Of a stretch of DNA of 64,000 nucleotides, positions 28,304 through 42,258 are shown piece by piece (the first letter of the stretch is position 1; the number at the start of each line of letters is the position of its first letter). The notes under the pieces are model-generated. The model saw only the letters and a program-made list of their open reading frames with translations. It was not told the origin of the DNA and made no database searches. Source of the DNA: the human T2T-CHM13v2.0 reference genome, Homo sapiens. The stretch is taken from the NCBI RefSeq assembly GCF_009914755.1, contig NC_060934.1. One strand, 5' to 3'. The position numbers and the translations under genes are program-made.

Positions 28304-29129
28304 GTGTTTATGTATCTAAGACAGAAGCCGAGCCCAGGGGGTTACAATATTTTTCACAATATTTGTATTTCTTTGAATTTAATTTTCCATTCGTTTGTGT
28401 GGGCTATAACTGCATTGCAAGCTTGGTCCAGCCTCCATGTCTCCATCTACCATGGCGCCTACATGCAGTCCTGGGTGGGAGGGAGGAGGATTGAGGCAGA
28501 CCCCCTCTCCCTATGGAAGATCCTTTCTATAGCTTGGCCCCTGCCCCAGGACATGAGGAAGGCCTGGCCAAACCCTTCAGAGCCAAGACAGCTGGCACAT
28601 TTCTACAAGGTCTCAGGCCACAAAGGCCCTTACCACTCCTTTGCAAAGTCCCTATAATCCTCATTGTCATTATCATCACCACCATTTATTAAGCTTTTAC
28701 CATATGCCAAGCAGCTATGTTCATTTTCTCTAGTCTTTATAATAGTTGCACAGGATTGTTATACCCATGACATAGGTCTTTGACTACAGGAATGATCCGT
28801 TATATTCTGGGGCCACTCGCTTCCAGCCTGAGTTACACTTATCCACAGAGAAATAAGCTCTGTTAAGACTCAATTCTGTAGGGGAATTGACTGCTTCCCT
28901 GTGTTTATCTGCTCTGGGCACTATAATTTTTACTGCAAAGAGTCAGGCAGGGTCTACTCAGTTCAGATACTTATCTGTAACAGCAAGTAGAAATGTTCTT
29001 TCACTGGAGGCTTTATAAAGACAGCCCAACAAATTAGTTGAGAACAACTGAAACCACAGTGTGGAGAAAAAACTATATATATTTTATCATAGTCAATTAT
29101 AATATTTATTAGAACTGCTATTTTTGATG

Positions 29130-29260
29130 TCTTCCCCCCTCCATCTCCTTCTCCTCCTGTTTCTTTCCCTCTCCCTTCCCCTTCCTCCTCCTCCTCTTTC
29201 TCTTCCTTCTTTTTTATATTTCTCCTCCTCTTTCTCCTTCTCCTCCTCCTTATTATTGTT
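29130..29260. repeat. CT-rich low-complexity (polypyrimidine) tract
   Basis: (CCT)n/(CTT)n-rich run. Confidence 0.85.
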
Positions 29261-30421
29261 ACTAGCAGTAGTATTTAGCGAGGGTCTGATTAATTTCTAG
29301 TTCTTTTACACTAAAGAACTAGTAAATTTTTTTTAACAAAAATGGCCAAAAACAGAAGAGAGTTTATGGTCAAAGCCTGGTACATCTTTTCAGGCACTGT
29401 CTGAGTTCTCAGATTCTCTCTTTATGCATTAATCTGTGCTTATGTTTTCCTACCTAGCACTCAGATTTTACTTCATCATACTAAGCAGCTTACGCTCAGC
29501 CTCTGTGTTTGAACTTGCTCAAATTTAAGTACAGAATGATCAACTCCATTGCACAAGAAACTGGGTTTTCCTCCCTTCCAAAGTGCCACTGCCTGCTTAT
29601 CTCATTACCCCAGGGCACAGCTTCTCACTCTGTTTGCTAGATACACAACTCTAACTAAGTGCCCTTAAGTTGCCTTTGTTTTCTTTACATGGCCCAATGA
29701 CACGATTGGTGGGACATGTTCAATAAATTTTGGGGTTTAGACTGAAAGAGAAATCTTCCACTGAACAAAAACATGAAGACCATGTGTGATACTATACAAT
29801 ATTTTTCCTCATGGATATGAAAGCTCAGGCAAGTCTTCTCGTATTATCAGCTCATGCTCATTTGAATATCACAGTGGCCAGTGTGAATGGAGAAGTGAGC
29901 ATATAGTCTCACTGTTGTCATCTGGTCACTTTGCTGCTGTCTTGTAACCATGCTCTGGGTATGGGTGAGGCATAAGATGAGCTGGAGATAGAGACAAGAA
30001 AACAGTACTCTTGATACTCAAGAATACTTTGAAAAAAGTATTCTTGATCAAGAGCTCACCATCTAGAGAGGGGATCTAGACAAACCCATAGGACACCATT
30101 CTTCAAGAGCACTTTCATTGAGCACCAGAGTAAGATAAGCACTGCAGATGGAGTCTCCAGGGAACTGAGTCAAGGAAAGCACTGTTGACCATCAGTGAAG
30201 CTTCCAGAAGAAGGTGTGATAAGGATTGGACATGGAGAAGGTTTGATAGGTGAAAGAGAGCAAGAAGGGATATAGAGGAAAGGAATAAGCAAAGAACGAA
30301 AATCTTCAGTGACATAACCCATTCCAAAGAGAAAGAAGAGACCAGCAAAGGGAGTTCACACTGAAGACAAGTGGGAGAAAAGATTAGAAGGAAAGACCAG
30401 TGTTCCTCAGATTGTCTAGGA

Positions 30422-30626
30422 CTGTGCTGTCCAAAATGAGAGTCAGAACGCACATGTCGTTATTTAAAGTCTTCTTAATTAAAACTAACTAAATAAAAAT
30501 GCAGTTTCTTGATTGCACTAGTCACATTGCAAGTGCTCAATAGTCACATGTATCTAGTGCCTGCCCTATTGGGCGCTGCAGTTATAGAGCATTTCCATCA
30601 CAGCAGAAAGTTCTAATGGACATCCC
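30422..30626. mobile_element. MER3 hAT MITE within L2 remnants
   Basis: 'ctgtgctgtccaa...cactagtcacattgcaagtgctcaatagtcacatg...catttccatcacagcagaaagttct'. Confidence 0.8.
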
Positions 30627-30734
30627 AGGATGCTGAATTCCAATCTGAGGAATATGGACTTTTTCATGAGGGTGTTGAAGAATCATTCACAGTACTTTAC
30701 ACAGGTTGTATGAGGGTAAAGTAGCTTAATTTTT

Positions 30735-30866
30735 TAATGAATACCTGTTCAAGATTTTATTTACTCATTAATTAATGAGGGAACTAGTAAGATGGTACAA
30801 TGGTTCAGTAATTGATTTTTTTAAATTAAAGTGAATTCACATAACAGAGTTAACCACTTTTAAGTG
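30735..30866 (-). mobile_element. Short TSD-flanked retro-insertion: L1M 3' tip plus an extra polyadenylated segment
   Basis: Perfect 15-bp direct repeats agtagcttaattttt at 30720-30734 and 30867-30881; L1MA/MB terminus 'gtgaattcacataacagagttaaccactttt'. Confidence 0.65.
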
Positions 30867-30879
30867 AGTAGCTTAATTT

Positions 30880-31970
30880 TTAGTTGTGGCTGAGAAAGTT
30901 TTTAAAGTAGTAATCTGATGGCTGTGTGAAGGATGTATTGATAAGGCAAGAAATAGGAGACAGGACAGCCAGTTGGAAGTCTGCTGTAGGGCACTGGGTT
31001 TGAGAGTGTGAAGCTTGTATCAGGGATGCGGCAGTGGGGTGAGGTGGGTGAGGAAAGGGCAGCCACATTTCTAGGAAGAGCCAGTCAGCCTTATCAACTG
31101 CATAGAAGAATAAGTGAGAATTAACAATCACAAATTGCTGAAAAGTGCAGTGACCAGTTTGGAGGAGCAGATGAGTTCAGACAAGCTCCTGACTTGAATT
31201 GGTGGTATGCGTTCCAAGGAATGTTTTCTACAAAGCCTTGGAGGTAGGAGTTAGAGGGGAAGCAACATATGGGACTATCGTGTCAATGGCCGAGTGGGGG
31301 AAAGGTGTACGTTGTGTCAACAGAGAGAAGAGCAGAAAGGCAAAGTGTGAGCATTGAGGAATGTGCACAGTTAGGGAGAAAGAGAAGAGTCGGTGGAAGA
31401 AAAGGAGTAGGTGGACAAGTAGGAGAGGGAGGAGGGCCAGTTCATTCAGGAAACATGCATTAAGCTCCTGGTGTGCGCCAGGTGTTGTGTATACCAAGGA
31501 TAGCGCGGTGGTGATCAAGCAGCTCTTAGACTCATGGTGTTATGGTTCAGGGAGGGAAGAAGATAGAATCTGGGGACAGGGAATTGGTCAGCATTACTGA
31601 ATACCGCCAGGAAGTCAGTGAGGAAAAGCAGCAGTGAGGAAAGCATTTGAGTTAGGCAAGAAGGCAGCAGTTGCAGGGCGTGGAGTGACAGCAGCTAGGG
31701 AGAGCGAGAGGGCAGAAGACTGAGGAGTGATTGGCAGGTGAGGAAGCATGGATGGCAGGCATCACCACCATTTCCAGAGGCTTATCAGGAAGAGGAAGAA
31801 GGGAGAAAGGATCTCTAGAGGAGACAGCAGATTCGGAGGCAGCAGATTTGAGGAGAGGCTTTGAAATGAGGAATAAGCTGGATAAGTTACTGAAGAGGGA
31901 GGAGCTCGGTGTGGGAGTGATGTTCCCTGGAAGCTGCAAAAGGATGAAATCTTCTAGTGCGTAGGTGACC
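30880..31970 (-). mobile_element. L2 LINE remnants
   Basis: Purine-rich degenerate L2 motifs ('ggcagtggggtgagg', 'gatgagttcag', 'ttcattcaggaaacatgcattaagctcctggtgtgcgccagg'); boundaries approximate. Confidence 0.55.
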
Positions 31971-33918
31971 AGTTGTTTTAACAACTTTTTAAAATGAAAA
32001 AGTTATGCATGCTCATGGTAAAAATTCAGAGAATAAAAAGGTGTCTCTCTCACCCTTTCCAGAGGCAACTGTTGATGCCAGTTCTTTATATATCTTTCCA
32101 GAAATACCCTATGCATATGCAACTGTGTGTGTCTGGATGTGTGTGCATAATCCTAGCCCCTTCCTTCTTGCTTTTTATTTATGCACTTGGGAGCACACAC
32201 TGTTCTGTGTCTTGCTTATGTCTATTTTACAAATAAGCTTTGGGGATCATCTCCTATGTATAGGCAACCATCTAATTATTTTTAATGGCTACATTTTTAA
32301 AATGTGCTATAATTTTTATACCAGCCCCCAATCCACAGGTACTTAGATTGTTTTTGGTCGTTTTTCTATTACACACAACACTGCAAGGGATATCTTATAT
32401 GAATAGCTTTTTCCTTTTCTTATTGTGGTGAAACATACAGGCATTTTATATACTCATTTTATACTCATTTTATTGTCCTTTGCTGTATTGCACATCACAG
32501 ATATTGCATTTTCTAAAAATTAAAGGTTTGTAGTAATATTGCATTGAACACATCTATGGGTGACATTTTTTTCCAACAGCATGTACTCACTTTGTGTCTC
32601 TGAGTCATATTTTGGTAATTCTTGCAATATTTCAAACATTTTCACGATTATTATATCTGCTATGGTTATTTGTGATCAGTTATCTTTAATTTTACTATTG
32701 TAATAGTTTTAGGGTGCCACAAACCATGCCCTATAAAATGACAAGCTTAATAGATAAATGTTGCATGTGTTCTCGCTGCTGTACTGACCAGCCATTTCCC
32801 TGTCTCTCTCCCTCTCCTCAGACCTCCCTATTCCCTGTGACACAACAATATTGAAATTGGGTCAACTAACAATGCACAAATGCTTCTAAGTATTCAAGTG
32901 AAGGGAAGAGTCACATATCTCTCACTTCAGATCAAAAGCTAGAAATGATTAAGCTTAGTGAGGAAGGTATGTTGAATGCTGAGGTAGGCCAAATACTAGG
33001 CCTCTTGCAGCAGATAGCCAAGTTGTAAATTCAAAGTAAAAATTCTTGAAGGAAATTAGAAGTGCTACTCCAGTGAACACATGAATGATAAGAAAGTAAA
33101 ATGGCTTAATTGCTGATATAAAGTGGTCTGGAAAGGAGATCAAACCAGCCACAACATTCCCTTAAGCCGAAGCCTAATCCAGAGCAAGGCTCTAACTCTT
33201 TTCAATTCTGTGAAGGCTAAGACAGGTGATAAAGATGCAGAATAAAAGTTTTAAGCTAGCAGAGGTTGGTTTATGTGGTTTAAGGAAAGAAGTCATCTTC
33301 ATAACATTAAAGGGCAAGGTGAAGCAGCAAGTGCTAATGTAGAAGATATATCAAGTCATCTGGAAGACCTAACTAAGATAATTGAAGAGGGTAACTACAC
33401 CAAACAATAGATTTTTCAGTGCAAACAAAACAGCCTTCTATTGGAGGAAGATGCCATTTAAGACTTTCATAGTTAGAGAGGAGAAGTCAATGTCTAGCTT
33501 CAAACTTCAAAGGACAAGCTAGCTCTCTTGTTAGAAGCAAATGCAGCTGGTGACTTTAAGTTGAAGCCAGTGCTCATCCACCATTCCAAAACTACTAGGA
33601 CCCTTACCAATTATACTAAATCTACTCTGTCTGTGCTCTATAATGGGAACAACAAAGTCTGGATAGGAACACATCTGTTTATAGCATTGTTTACTGAATA
33701 ATTTGAGCCTGCTGTTGAGAGCTACTGCTCAGAAAGAAGGTTGCCTTTCAAAATATTAGTGTTCATTGACAATGCACCCAACCACCCAAGAACTCTGATG
33801 GAGATGTACAAGGAAATTAATATTGTTTTTATGCCTGTTAACACAACATTCATTCTACAGCTCATGGATCAAGGAGTAACTTTGACTTTCAGGTTTTGTT
33901 ATTTAAGAAGTAGATATT

Positions 33919-34231
33919 GGCAGGGCATGGTTGCACATACCTGTAACCCTATCACTTTGGGAGGCTGAGGCAGGAGGATTGCTTGAGGCCAGGAGCTCAA
34001 GAGCAGCCTCAGCAACATAGTGAGAACTTCTCTCTAAAAAAATATAAGGACAAACTTTAAAAATCAGCCAGACATGGTGGTGTGAGCCTATAGTCCCAGA
34101 TACTTGGGAGGCTGAGGCAGGAGGATCATTTGAGCCCAGAAGTTTGAGGCTGCCGCAAGCCATGATTTTGCCACTGTACTCCAGCATGGGTAATGGAACC
34201 AGACCTTATCTCTAAAAAAAAACAAAAAAGA
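33919..34231 (+). mobile_element. AluJ (Jo-like) in Tigger1
   Basis: Dimer with J diagnostics; degenerate TSD aagaa(g/a)ta. Confidence 0.93.
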
Positions 34232-34834
34232 AAGAAATACATTTCATATGGCTATAGCTGCCATAGCTAGTGATTCCTCTGATGAATCTGGGTAAATTTA
34301 AAACCTTCTAGAAAGGATTCACTATTCTAGATGCCATTGATAAAATTTGTGATTCATAAGAAGAGGTTGAAATATCAACATTAGCAGGAGTTTGCAAGAT
34401 GTTAATTCCAACCTTTATGAATGACCTGAGGAGTTCAAAACTTAGAAGTAATTGCAGATGTAGTGGAAATAGCAGCAAGGTAACTAGAATTAGAAGTGAA
34501 GCCTGATGTGACTGAGTTGCTTCAATCTCATGATAAAACTTTAGTGGATGAGGACATGCTTCTTATAAATGAGCAAAAAATAAGTTTTCTTGAAATTGAC
34601 TCCTACTGAAGATGCTATAAATATTGTTGAAATGACAATAAAAAATTTGGAATATTACATAAACTTAGTTGATAATGGAGCAGAGTTTGAAAGGATTGAT
34701 GCGAACTTTCAAAGAAGTTCTACAGTGGGTGAAATCCTATCAAATAGCATGGCATGCTAAAGAGAAAAATTTTCTGAAGGGAAGAGTCAATCGATGCAGC
34801 AAACTTCACTGCTGTCTTATTTTAAAAAGTTGTC

Positions 34835-35143
<309 letters not shown>

Positions 35144-35345
35144 TCATAGCCATTCCATCCTTCAGCAACTACTACCTTGATCAGTCAGCAGCCCTCAACA
35201 TCGAGGCAAGATCCTCCACCAGCAAAAAGATTATATAACTCCTTGAAGGTTGACACGATTGTTAGATTTTTTTTTAGCAATAAAGTATTTTTTAATTAAA
35301 CTGTATCCTGTTACATTAATCTATATTTCCATTTTACACCAGTAC

Positions 35346-36010
35346 TGAAGCAATGTAATTGTCTGGGTTACATGCCTGAGGTTTGTCATCTCACACCAAG
35401 AAAATCAAGGATGCAGACACACAAGAAGTGAGTTTAAGAGCAGAGGTTTAATAGAGAGAGAGTTTTAATAGAGAGAAAGAGAAAAGCTCTCTCTCTGCAA
35501 GGGGTTCCCAAGTGGATCTTCTGGTCCTGTGATGAAGTGCATGGGATTTTATAGACTGGCTTGAGGAGGTGGTGTCTGATTTACATAGAGCCCAAAGATT
35601 GGTTGGACCAGGTGTGATGTTTACATAGCATGTGAAGAAGCTGGCCACCCCACCCTAATCTTTTATTATGCAAATGAGTTTTGTACCTGGCTGGCACCAT
35701 GTTGTGTGCTTCTTGTACACGTTGTTGCAAAAAATTTCCTTTAATTTCCTTTAGTTGACAAAGAAAAGGGAAGATGGGGCCGCCATGTTGAACATGCCCC
35801 CATGTAGCCTTCTCCTATGGTCATACCTACAGGCATTCACCCTTGCAGGCTTCCAGCTTGCTTATCAATGTCTGCAGCTTGATTTTACAGGCTGCTTTTT
35901 GTTAGAAAAGAAATAATTTGGGGGCCACTTTTTATTAAAAGGGAAACCTTACCAAGGACTTCCTTACCCTCACTATCTGTCTAGATAATTTCTTTTTAAC
36001 TGTTATATCA
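35346..36010 (-). mobile_element. ERV1 solo LTR, LTR9-like
   Basis: TG...CA termini with perfect 4-bp TSD gtac (35342-35345, 36011-36014) splitting an L1 motif; reverse strand begins tgatataacagttaaaaagaaattatctagacagatagtgagggt. Confidence 0.75.
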
Positions 36011-36438
36011 GTACCACACTGTTGTAATTATTGTAACTTTATAATAAGCCTTGAAATAATTTAGTGTGTCTTCCTACTTTGTTCTTGTTCAAAGTCATTT
36101 TGATTATTCTAGGTCCTTAGCATTTCTATATAAATTTTACAATCAACTTGTCAATTCTGGACAACCAAATTAAATTTATGAAGCCAGAAGATGTGAGATG
36201 AAAAGCTGACTCAGCTTCTCATCCTTATTTATGAATGATATTTTTGATGGCCATAGAATTCTAGGTTGGGTGCTTCCTTCCACCCATCCTCACCCAGGAC
36301 CTTAAAGATGTGAATCCACTATCTTCTGTCTTGCATTACTTAGACAAGAAATTTGCTATCAGTCTTATTTTTGTTCCTCTGTATATAACATATTTTTTCC
36401 TCTGACTGATTTTAAGATTTTTCTTGTTGTAACTTATT

Positions 36439-36728
36439 ATTTATTTATTTATTTATTATTTTTTGAGACGGAGTCTCACTTTGTCGCCCAGGCTGGAGTG
36501 CAGTGGTGCGATCTTGGCTCACTGCAAGCTCCGCCTCCCGGGTTCACACCATTCTCTGCCTCAGTCTCCCGAGTAGCTGGGACTACAGGCGCCCACCACC
36601 ATGCCTGGCTAATTTTTTGTATTTTTAGTAGAGATGGGGTTTCACCATGTTAGCCAGGATGGTCTCGATGTCCCGACCTCGTGATCCGCCTGCCTTGGCC
36701 TCCCAAAGTGCTGGGATTACAGGCGTGA
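36439..36728 (-). mobile_element. AluY, slightly 5'-truncated
   Basis: Y diagnostics 'gcaagctccgcctcccgggttcacaccattc' and 'ttagccaggatggtctcg'; TSD taacttatt at 36430-36438 and 36729-36737. Confidence 0.95.
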
Positions 36729-36782
36729 TAACTTATTTTAAACAATCTGATTATGAAATGTGTTGATATATATTTTTATGTA

Positions 36783-37150
36783 CAGATGGGTCCCTGACTT
36801 ATGCTGGATTGACTTATGATTTTTCAGCTTCATGGCAGTGCAAAAGCAATACACATTTAGTTGAAACCATACTTTGAGAACCCAGACAACCATTCTGTTT
36901 TTCACTTTCAGTATGGTATTCAATAAATTACATGAGATATTCAATACTTTATTATAAAATAGGCTTTGTGTTAGATGATTTTGCCCACCTGTAAGCTAAT
37001 GTACATGTTCTGAGCATGTTTAAGTTTGGCTAGGCTAAGCCGTGATGTTCGGTAGATTAGGTGTATTAAGTGCATTTTTTTACTTACAATATTTTCAACT
37101 TGGGATGGGTTTATCAAGACATACCCCCACTGTAAGTCAAAGATCATCTG
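36783..37150. mobile_element. MER47A-like Tigger MITE
   Basis: TIRs cagatgggtccctgactta / taagtcaaagatcatctg; ~368 bp; TA on the left. Confidence 0.85.
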
Positions 37151-37932
37151 CATATTTCTTGGGCTTGGGGTTTCCTGAGCATCTTGGATCTGTGGATTTA
37201 TAGTTGTCATCACATTCAGGAAAAATTGGTTATTAGTTTTTCAAATATTTTGTCCATCTCCCTCCACCCAGAGAATTTGATGTTCCACAGATCACTGCTT
37301 TTTGTTTTGTTTTTAATCTTTTTTCTCTCTCTGGGCTTCATTTTGTGTATTTCCAATTGTTCTATCTTCAAGTGCGTGTAATCTGTTGTTAATACTATCT
37401 AGTATGTTTTCCATCTTATGGTAGTTTTCATCTCTAGAAGCTTAGTTTGGGTCTTTTCTTTTTCCTTCCATGTCTTGCCTTGGCAAGGAATATAATTATA
37501 GCTGTTTTGATGCTATTGGCTTTTAACTCAATTATCTGTGTCACTTCTGAGTCTGTTTTAATTGTTAGTGTTTTTCCTCATTATGGGCTACTTTTTCTAA
37601 TTCTTTACGTGCTTGGTAATTTGTGAGTGGATGCCAGGCATTGTGCATTTTACAAATGGTTTGGGGCTGAATATTTTGTATTCCAATCACAGCATCCTGG
37701 CCCTAACCCTTTATGCCACCCATCATGGCTATAATTCCTTGTTTGAAGGTCATTGTTGTCTCTGATGCTGGAGGCTCCAAAGGAGAAAAACCCAGATATG
37801 TCATTTTCCTGCTGATTTCCTAGCAACTAGCAGAGTGCCTGGTCTATTGCAGAGACTCAGGCAAGTATTTGTCAAATGGACAAATAGATGAATAAATCAA
37901 TACATGGATGAAAATACGTTCAGATGCTTTTG

Positions 37933-38410
37933 TGTTTTAGTTATTCACTGTTATATAACCAATTACCCCAGAGTATAGCTGTTTAAAACGACAAACATTT
38001 TCTTATATTGCACAGTTCTGTGGTTAGACTAGGTTTAACCTGGAAGGTATTTTGATCTTACTTGGGTCTTTCTGCTGGTTGTAGTAAAATAGGGTGGGAG
38101 TTGTCTGGAGGCCACCTGAGATGTTGGGATGCCTGGGCCTCTCTCCCTCTCTGTGTGGTCTCAGTGCCTCTCTCTCTGCACAGTCTTTCTGCATGTTCTC
38201 TCCAGCTCGGTAGCTGGGCTACGTACATGGAGGCCCAGCTTCTCTGAAGCACACACATTGCAGGAGGAAAGAATCTGAAGACACCAGCCCTATTGAAGGC
38301 TAGAAAGGGCTCAGGAGCTTCACCTCCATGCCTTCTGTTGATTAAGCAGTCACAGGGTCCCAGTTCAGGGAGGAAAACTGAACTCCACCTCTCAATGCAG
38401 CACCTTAAAT
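37933..38410 (-). mobile_element. Old MLT1 (J/K-like) MaLR LTR
   Basis: 'ttagttattcactgttatataaccaattacccc...cacagttctgtgg...ttctgttgattaagcagtcacagg'. Confidence 0.65.
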
Positions 38411-40468
38411 GCACCTACTCTGTGAAGAGGTTTTGATGTCAGATGTGCTTTTCTTTTGAAGGACTCGCCTGCCTTAGATTTAACTACAGTCTTGGTGGGA
38501 AGGCCAGGCGAACCTCTGGTCTCAGGTCTTACCCTTTCCTGTTGAAGGAATGTCCATAGCAAAGGCTTCAGGTCTAGACATGGAGTTCCAGCTCAACATT
38601 CCAAACTGGTGCTGATGTCACCCAGTATTTTAGGTGGAGTGCAGGTTTGCTACAAACCCTGGACAGTGATTAGTTTGCATGCCACCTTTTTGGTTCCATA
38701 CCAACACTTTTTAGAGTTCCTGGTACTTGCAACTAACTTCTTTCTTTCTTTTTTGACCTTTAAGCTGGCTCATGAACCTGCCTTGAATCTGGAATAGTAC
38801 TCATGTTTGCCAAAAATGGTCTTGTTTTTCTTGACTACTGCTTGCTTCTTAGATCCTGACATGATTTGGATAGTTGGCCAGCCAATTAAAAACAAACAAA
38901 CAAAAACAAAGAGATAATATAGGAAGTCTGAGAAAAAAGTCCTTCCCTAGCTCTTTGTGGAATCTTAATTCAGGGAAAAACAAACCACCAACAAAAACCT
39001 CAGTACATTTTTCTCTAACACTATAATCACCAAGAGGGCAAAGATAAAAGCCGTGAAGTTCAGTTTTCACGGCACCTCCTACCGCAGGCATTTAAGAACT
39101 TGAGACCTGCTTGTCAGAGCTGATGTTAAACAGAAGCTTGACAACCTCCAGGAGTTTAGAGTCTTTGGTTTCATTTCCTCATGGCTGCCCCTGAAGACCA
39201 CGGTTCCCTTAGACCTGGATGTTATGATGATCTGAGCCTGCTAGCTCTCTCTCTGAGGTCACCAGAAGTTCAACTAAACGGACTTAAAAATCACACATTT
39301 CCAAGTTTTAGATTCCACAGAAGATATTCTCAGGAGGAGGCGGACCTTTCATGTTGCATTTCTCTACCTGGGACTTCAGAGTCCATATGTCAGTTATGGA
39401 AATGCATGCTTCTTTTCCATTACAAAGAAAAAGCAAGCTGCTTGTTGACATGTGCAGATTTACACACCGTCAGTCAAGCCCTCTTCCCTGGAGACTATGT
39501 GATAAATAAATGAGTCTTCTATAAATATATGTTGCAAGCACTCTTGTACCATTCAGAGCCATTATTATAATTCATCAAAGCCAGTATGTAAATGGGACAA
39601 CCGCATCAAGGAGGGAACAATTGGGAAATAAAGATTTACCCACATGGGCTCCATCCTTGCCTTCAATTTGGTGCTCTTGGTACTTGGACTTTACCTGTGT
39701 CCTTGGTAAACATGGCAGCCCCATACCTGGCCACCTTCCCATTTTCTTAACCTTTTTGTCTGGGATACAACACATTGCATACATGTTCTGATATTTTCTG
39801 CCAGATAACGCTCTGGGCTATTTTTTAAACCAAGCACTTAAGCTGATAAGAGTCATATTTTTCCCATCTGGATTTCCAACATATTGCCAGAGGTTCTGGG
39901 CCATAGATATGTTTTTGAGTAAATAGAATACGAAATCGAGGCAATGGATCATAAGTTTAAGGCAACGAGGCTCTCCCTTCACCATCTAATAACAAAGGTC
40001 ACTAGACTATGAGAAAGAAACGGAATGGTGAGGGATAGAAAGTTTTAATAATGCAGACCTCAGAAAGATCAGTCAAGCTTTTCTTCCTCCTCCTGGACCT
40101 GAGAAGATAAAGTCCTCATCAGAGCACAGGAAATATGCCCATTTCCATCCCACACGGTGTGTGGTTCTGGGGGATTGATCACAGCAGCTCCTGCTCTCAT
40201 CTGAAAATCCATCAAACTTGCCTCTCCCAGCTTCAGGGCTTGAGTCATTGCCCTGAGGAGGTACGGGGAGGTGTCCATTGATTGACCTTTCTATGCACAT
40301 TTTGAAAAAACAGGAGATGCTTAATCTTTCCCAGGCAGGCCAAGCTTTCCATCACCTGTGGAACCCTCACTTCCAGGTGTCCTTGTTCTGTTGCTGGGGC
40401 AGTGGTGCACAACAGGGAATAAGTACCCACACCTTGACTAGCTGATTACAAAAGAGTCTGTAGGATTA

Positions 40469-40915
<447 letters not shown>

Positions 40916-42008
40916 TTAAAGCAAGGGCTCTTTCCTTCCTGACTAATTCTCTCCGAGCTTTCATGATCACCCCACCTCACAAGCTGGAAATTCTGAACCC
41001 CAGCCTTGTTTTCTCAGAAGAAGCTGACAAAAGTTGATATTTTTGAAATTTGTAATAAATTCAGCAATGGTGCCAAGCGATGTTGATGGTGAATTACCTC
41101 TTGCAGCGCAGATGCTGCTGTTAGAGAGTTCTGTTGATCAAATAAACAAATCACTTTTTCCTATAATAGTTCCTAGCTCTATGGTGGATTAATTCCACTT
41201 GTTTATGCATTCGTTTTTAGAAGCAACAGGCTATAACACAGTGTCTTGGGAAGTTAGCTTCCGTCTTGGGTTTCACTGGCATCTGTGACTCTGGTAAATT
41301 TTTGCAAACTTTGTTCCCATCTATCCTATTGCTTCTAAGCTTTATGTGATGTTTTATTTAATATGGCATGCAAGATATTGGTCTTCAGTTCAAATTGCAA
41401 TTTTACATCAAAACTGATTCTCCTGACAGTTGGACGTGGATGGTCCATTTTTGAAGTATACATGTTACGCTGGTTCTTGAGGGAAAAATGAAACAGCTCA
41501 CCTACCCTGAGACTTTTTCCACAACAACAAAAACAAAATTTCCCCAACCAATGTGATGTCATTTACTAGTCTCCTTCAAGTGCTTTAGTGCAATAGGGCT
41601 GTGTGAGAATTCTTCAGACATTTCCCAACAAAACAAGCCCATCAGCACTTTAAATCTACATTGGCATGCATCCCTAACATAAGCAAGACTCTGGGGTTAC
41701 TGAAGTAATTATCTGTGAATTTTTGAGTTTCTCCTTCAGGAGATCGAGGCTCTGCCTGGCCTCCCATCTCTTTGTGAAAAATGCAACTTGATGACGTGCT
41801 TTTATAGACCAGTCTTGTTAATGTCAGGCTCACTGGTGCCAAAGCCAGTGAAAGAAAAATTTAAACTTATGTACTATATATCTTCTTAGCTCCATCTAAG
41901 CTAAGCCAATGTATTCCAAAGTGGTTGATTATGAAAAATGAGGTTGCAATTTACAGAGCACATTTATAATTGTTCTTAAGATAGGAATGAACACAAACAA
42001 GTGAATTC

Positions 42009-42258
42009 TTTTTTTAAAAATTTATTTTAAGTTCTGGGGCACATGTGCAGGTTTGCTACATAAGTAAATGTGTGTCATGGTGGTTTGCTGCACCTATCAA
42101 CCTATCACCTAGGTATTAAGTCCTGCATGCATTAGCTATTTTTCCTGATGCTCCCCCACCCCCACAACCCTTCAGACAGGCCTCAGTGTGTGTTGTTTCC
42201 CTCCCTGTGTCCACGTGTTCTCATTGTTCAGCTCCCACTTATAAGCGAGAACATGCGG
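42009..42258 (-). mobile_element. L1PA (PA8-10-like) 3' end fragment
   Basis: 'ttttaagttctggggcacatgtgcagg...cacctaggtattaag...ctcccacttataagcgagaacatgcgg'. Confidence 0.9.

Larger units (their letters stand above)
36220..37680 (-). mobile_element. Old L1M 5'/ORF1-region remnant (host of AluY and MER47A)
   Basis: T-rich antisense L1M motifs ('atagaattctaggttgg', 'ttcttggatctgtgg'-like, 'tggatgccaggcattgtg'). Confidence 0.6.

Noticed and set aside
33741-33968. ORF with DDE transposase motifs as a possible domesticated TIGD-like gene
   Set aside because: Short remnant interrupted by an Alu; the surrounding Tigger1 frame has stops and frameshifts.
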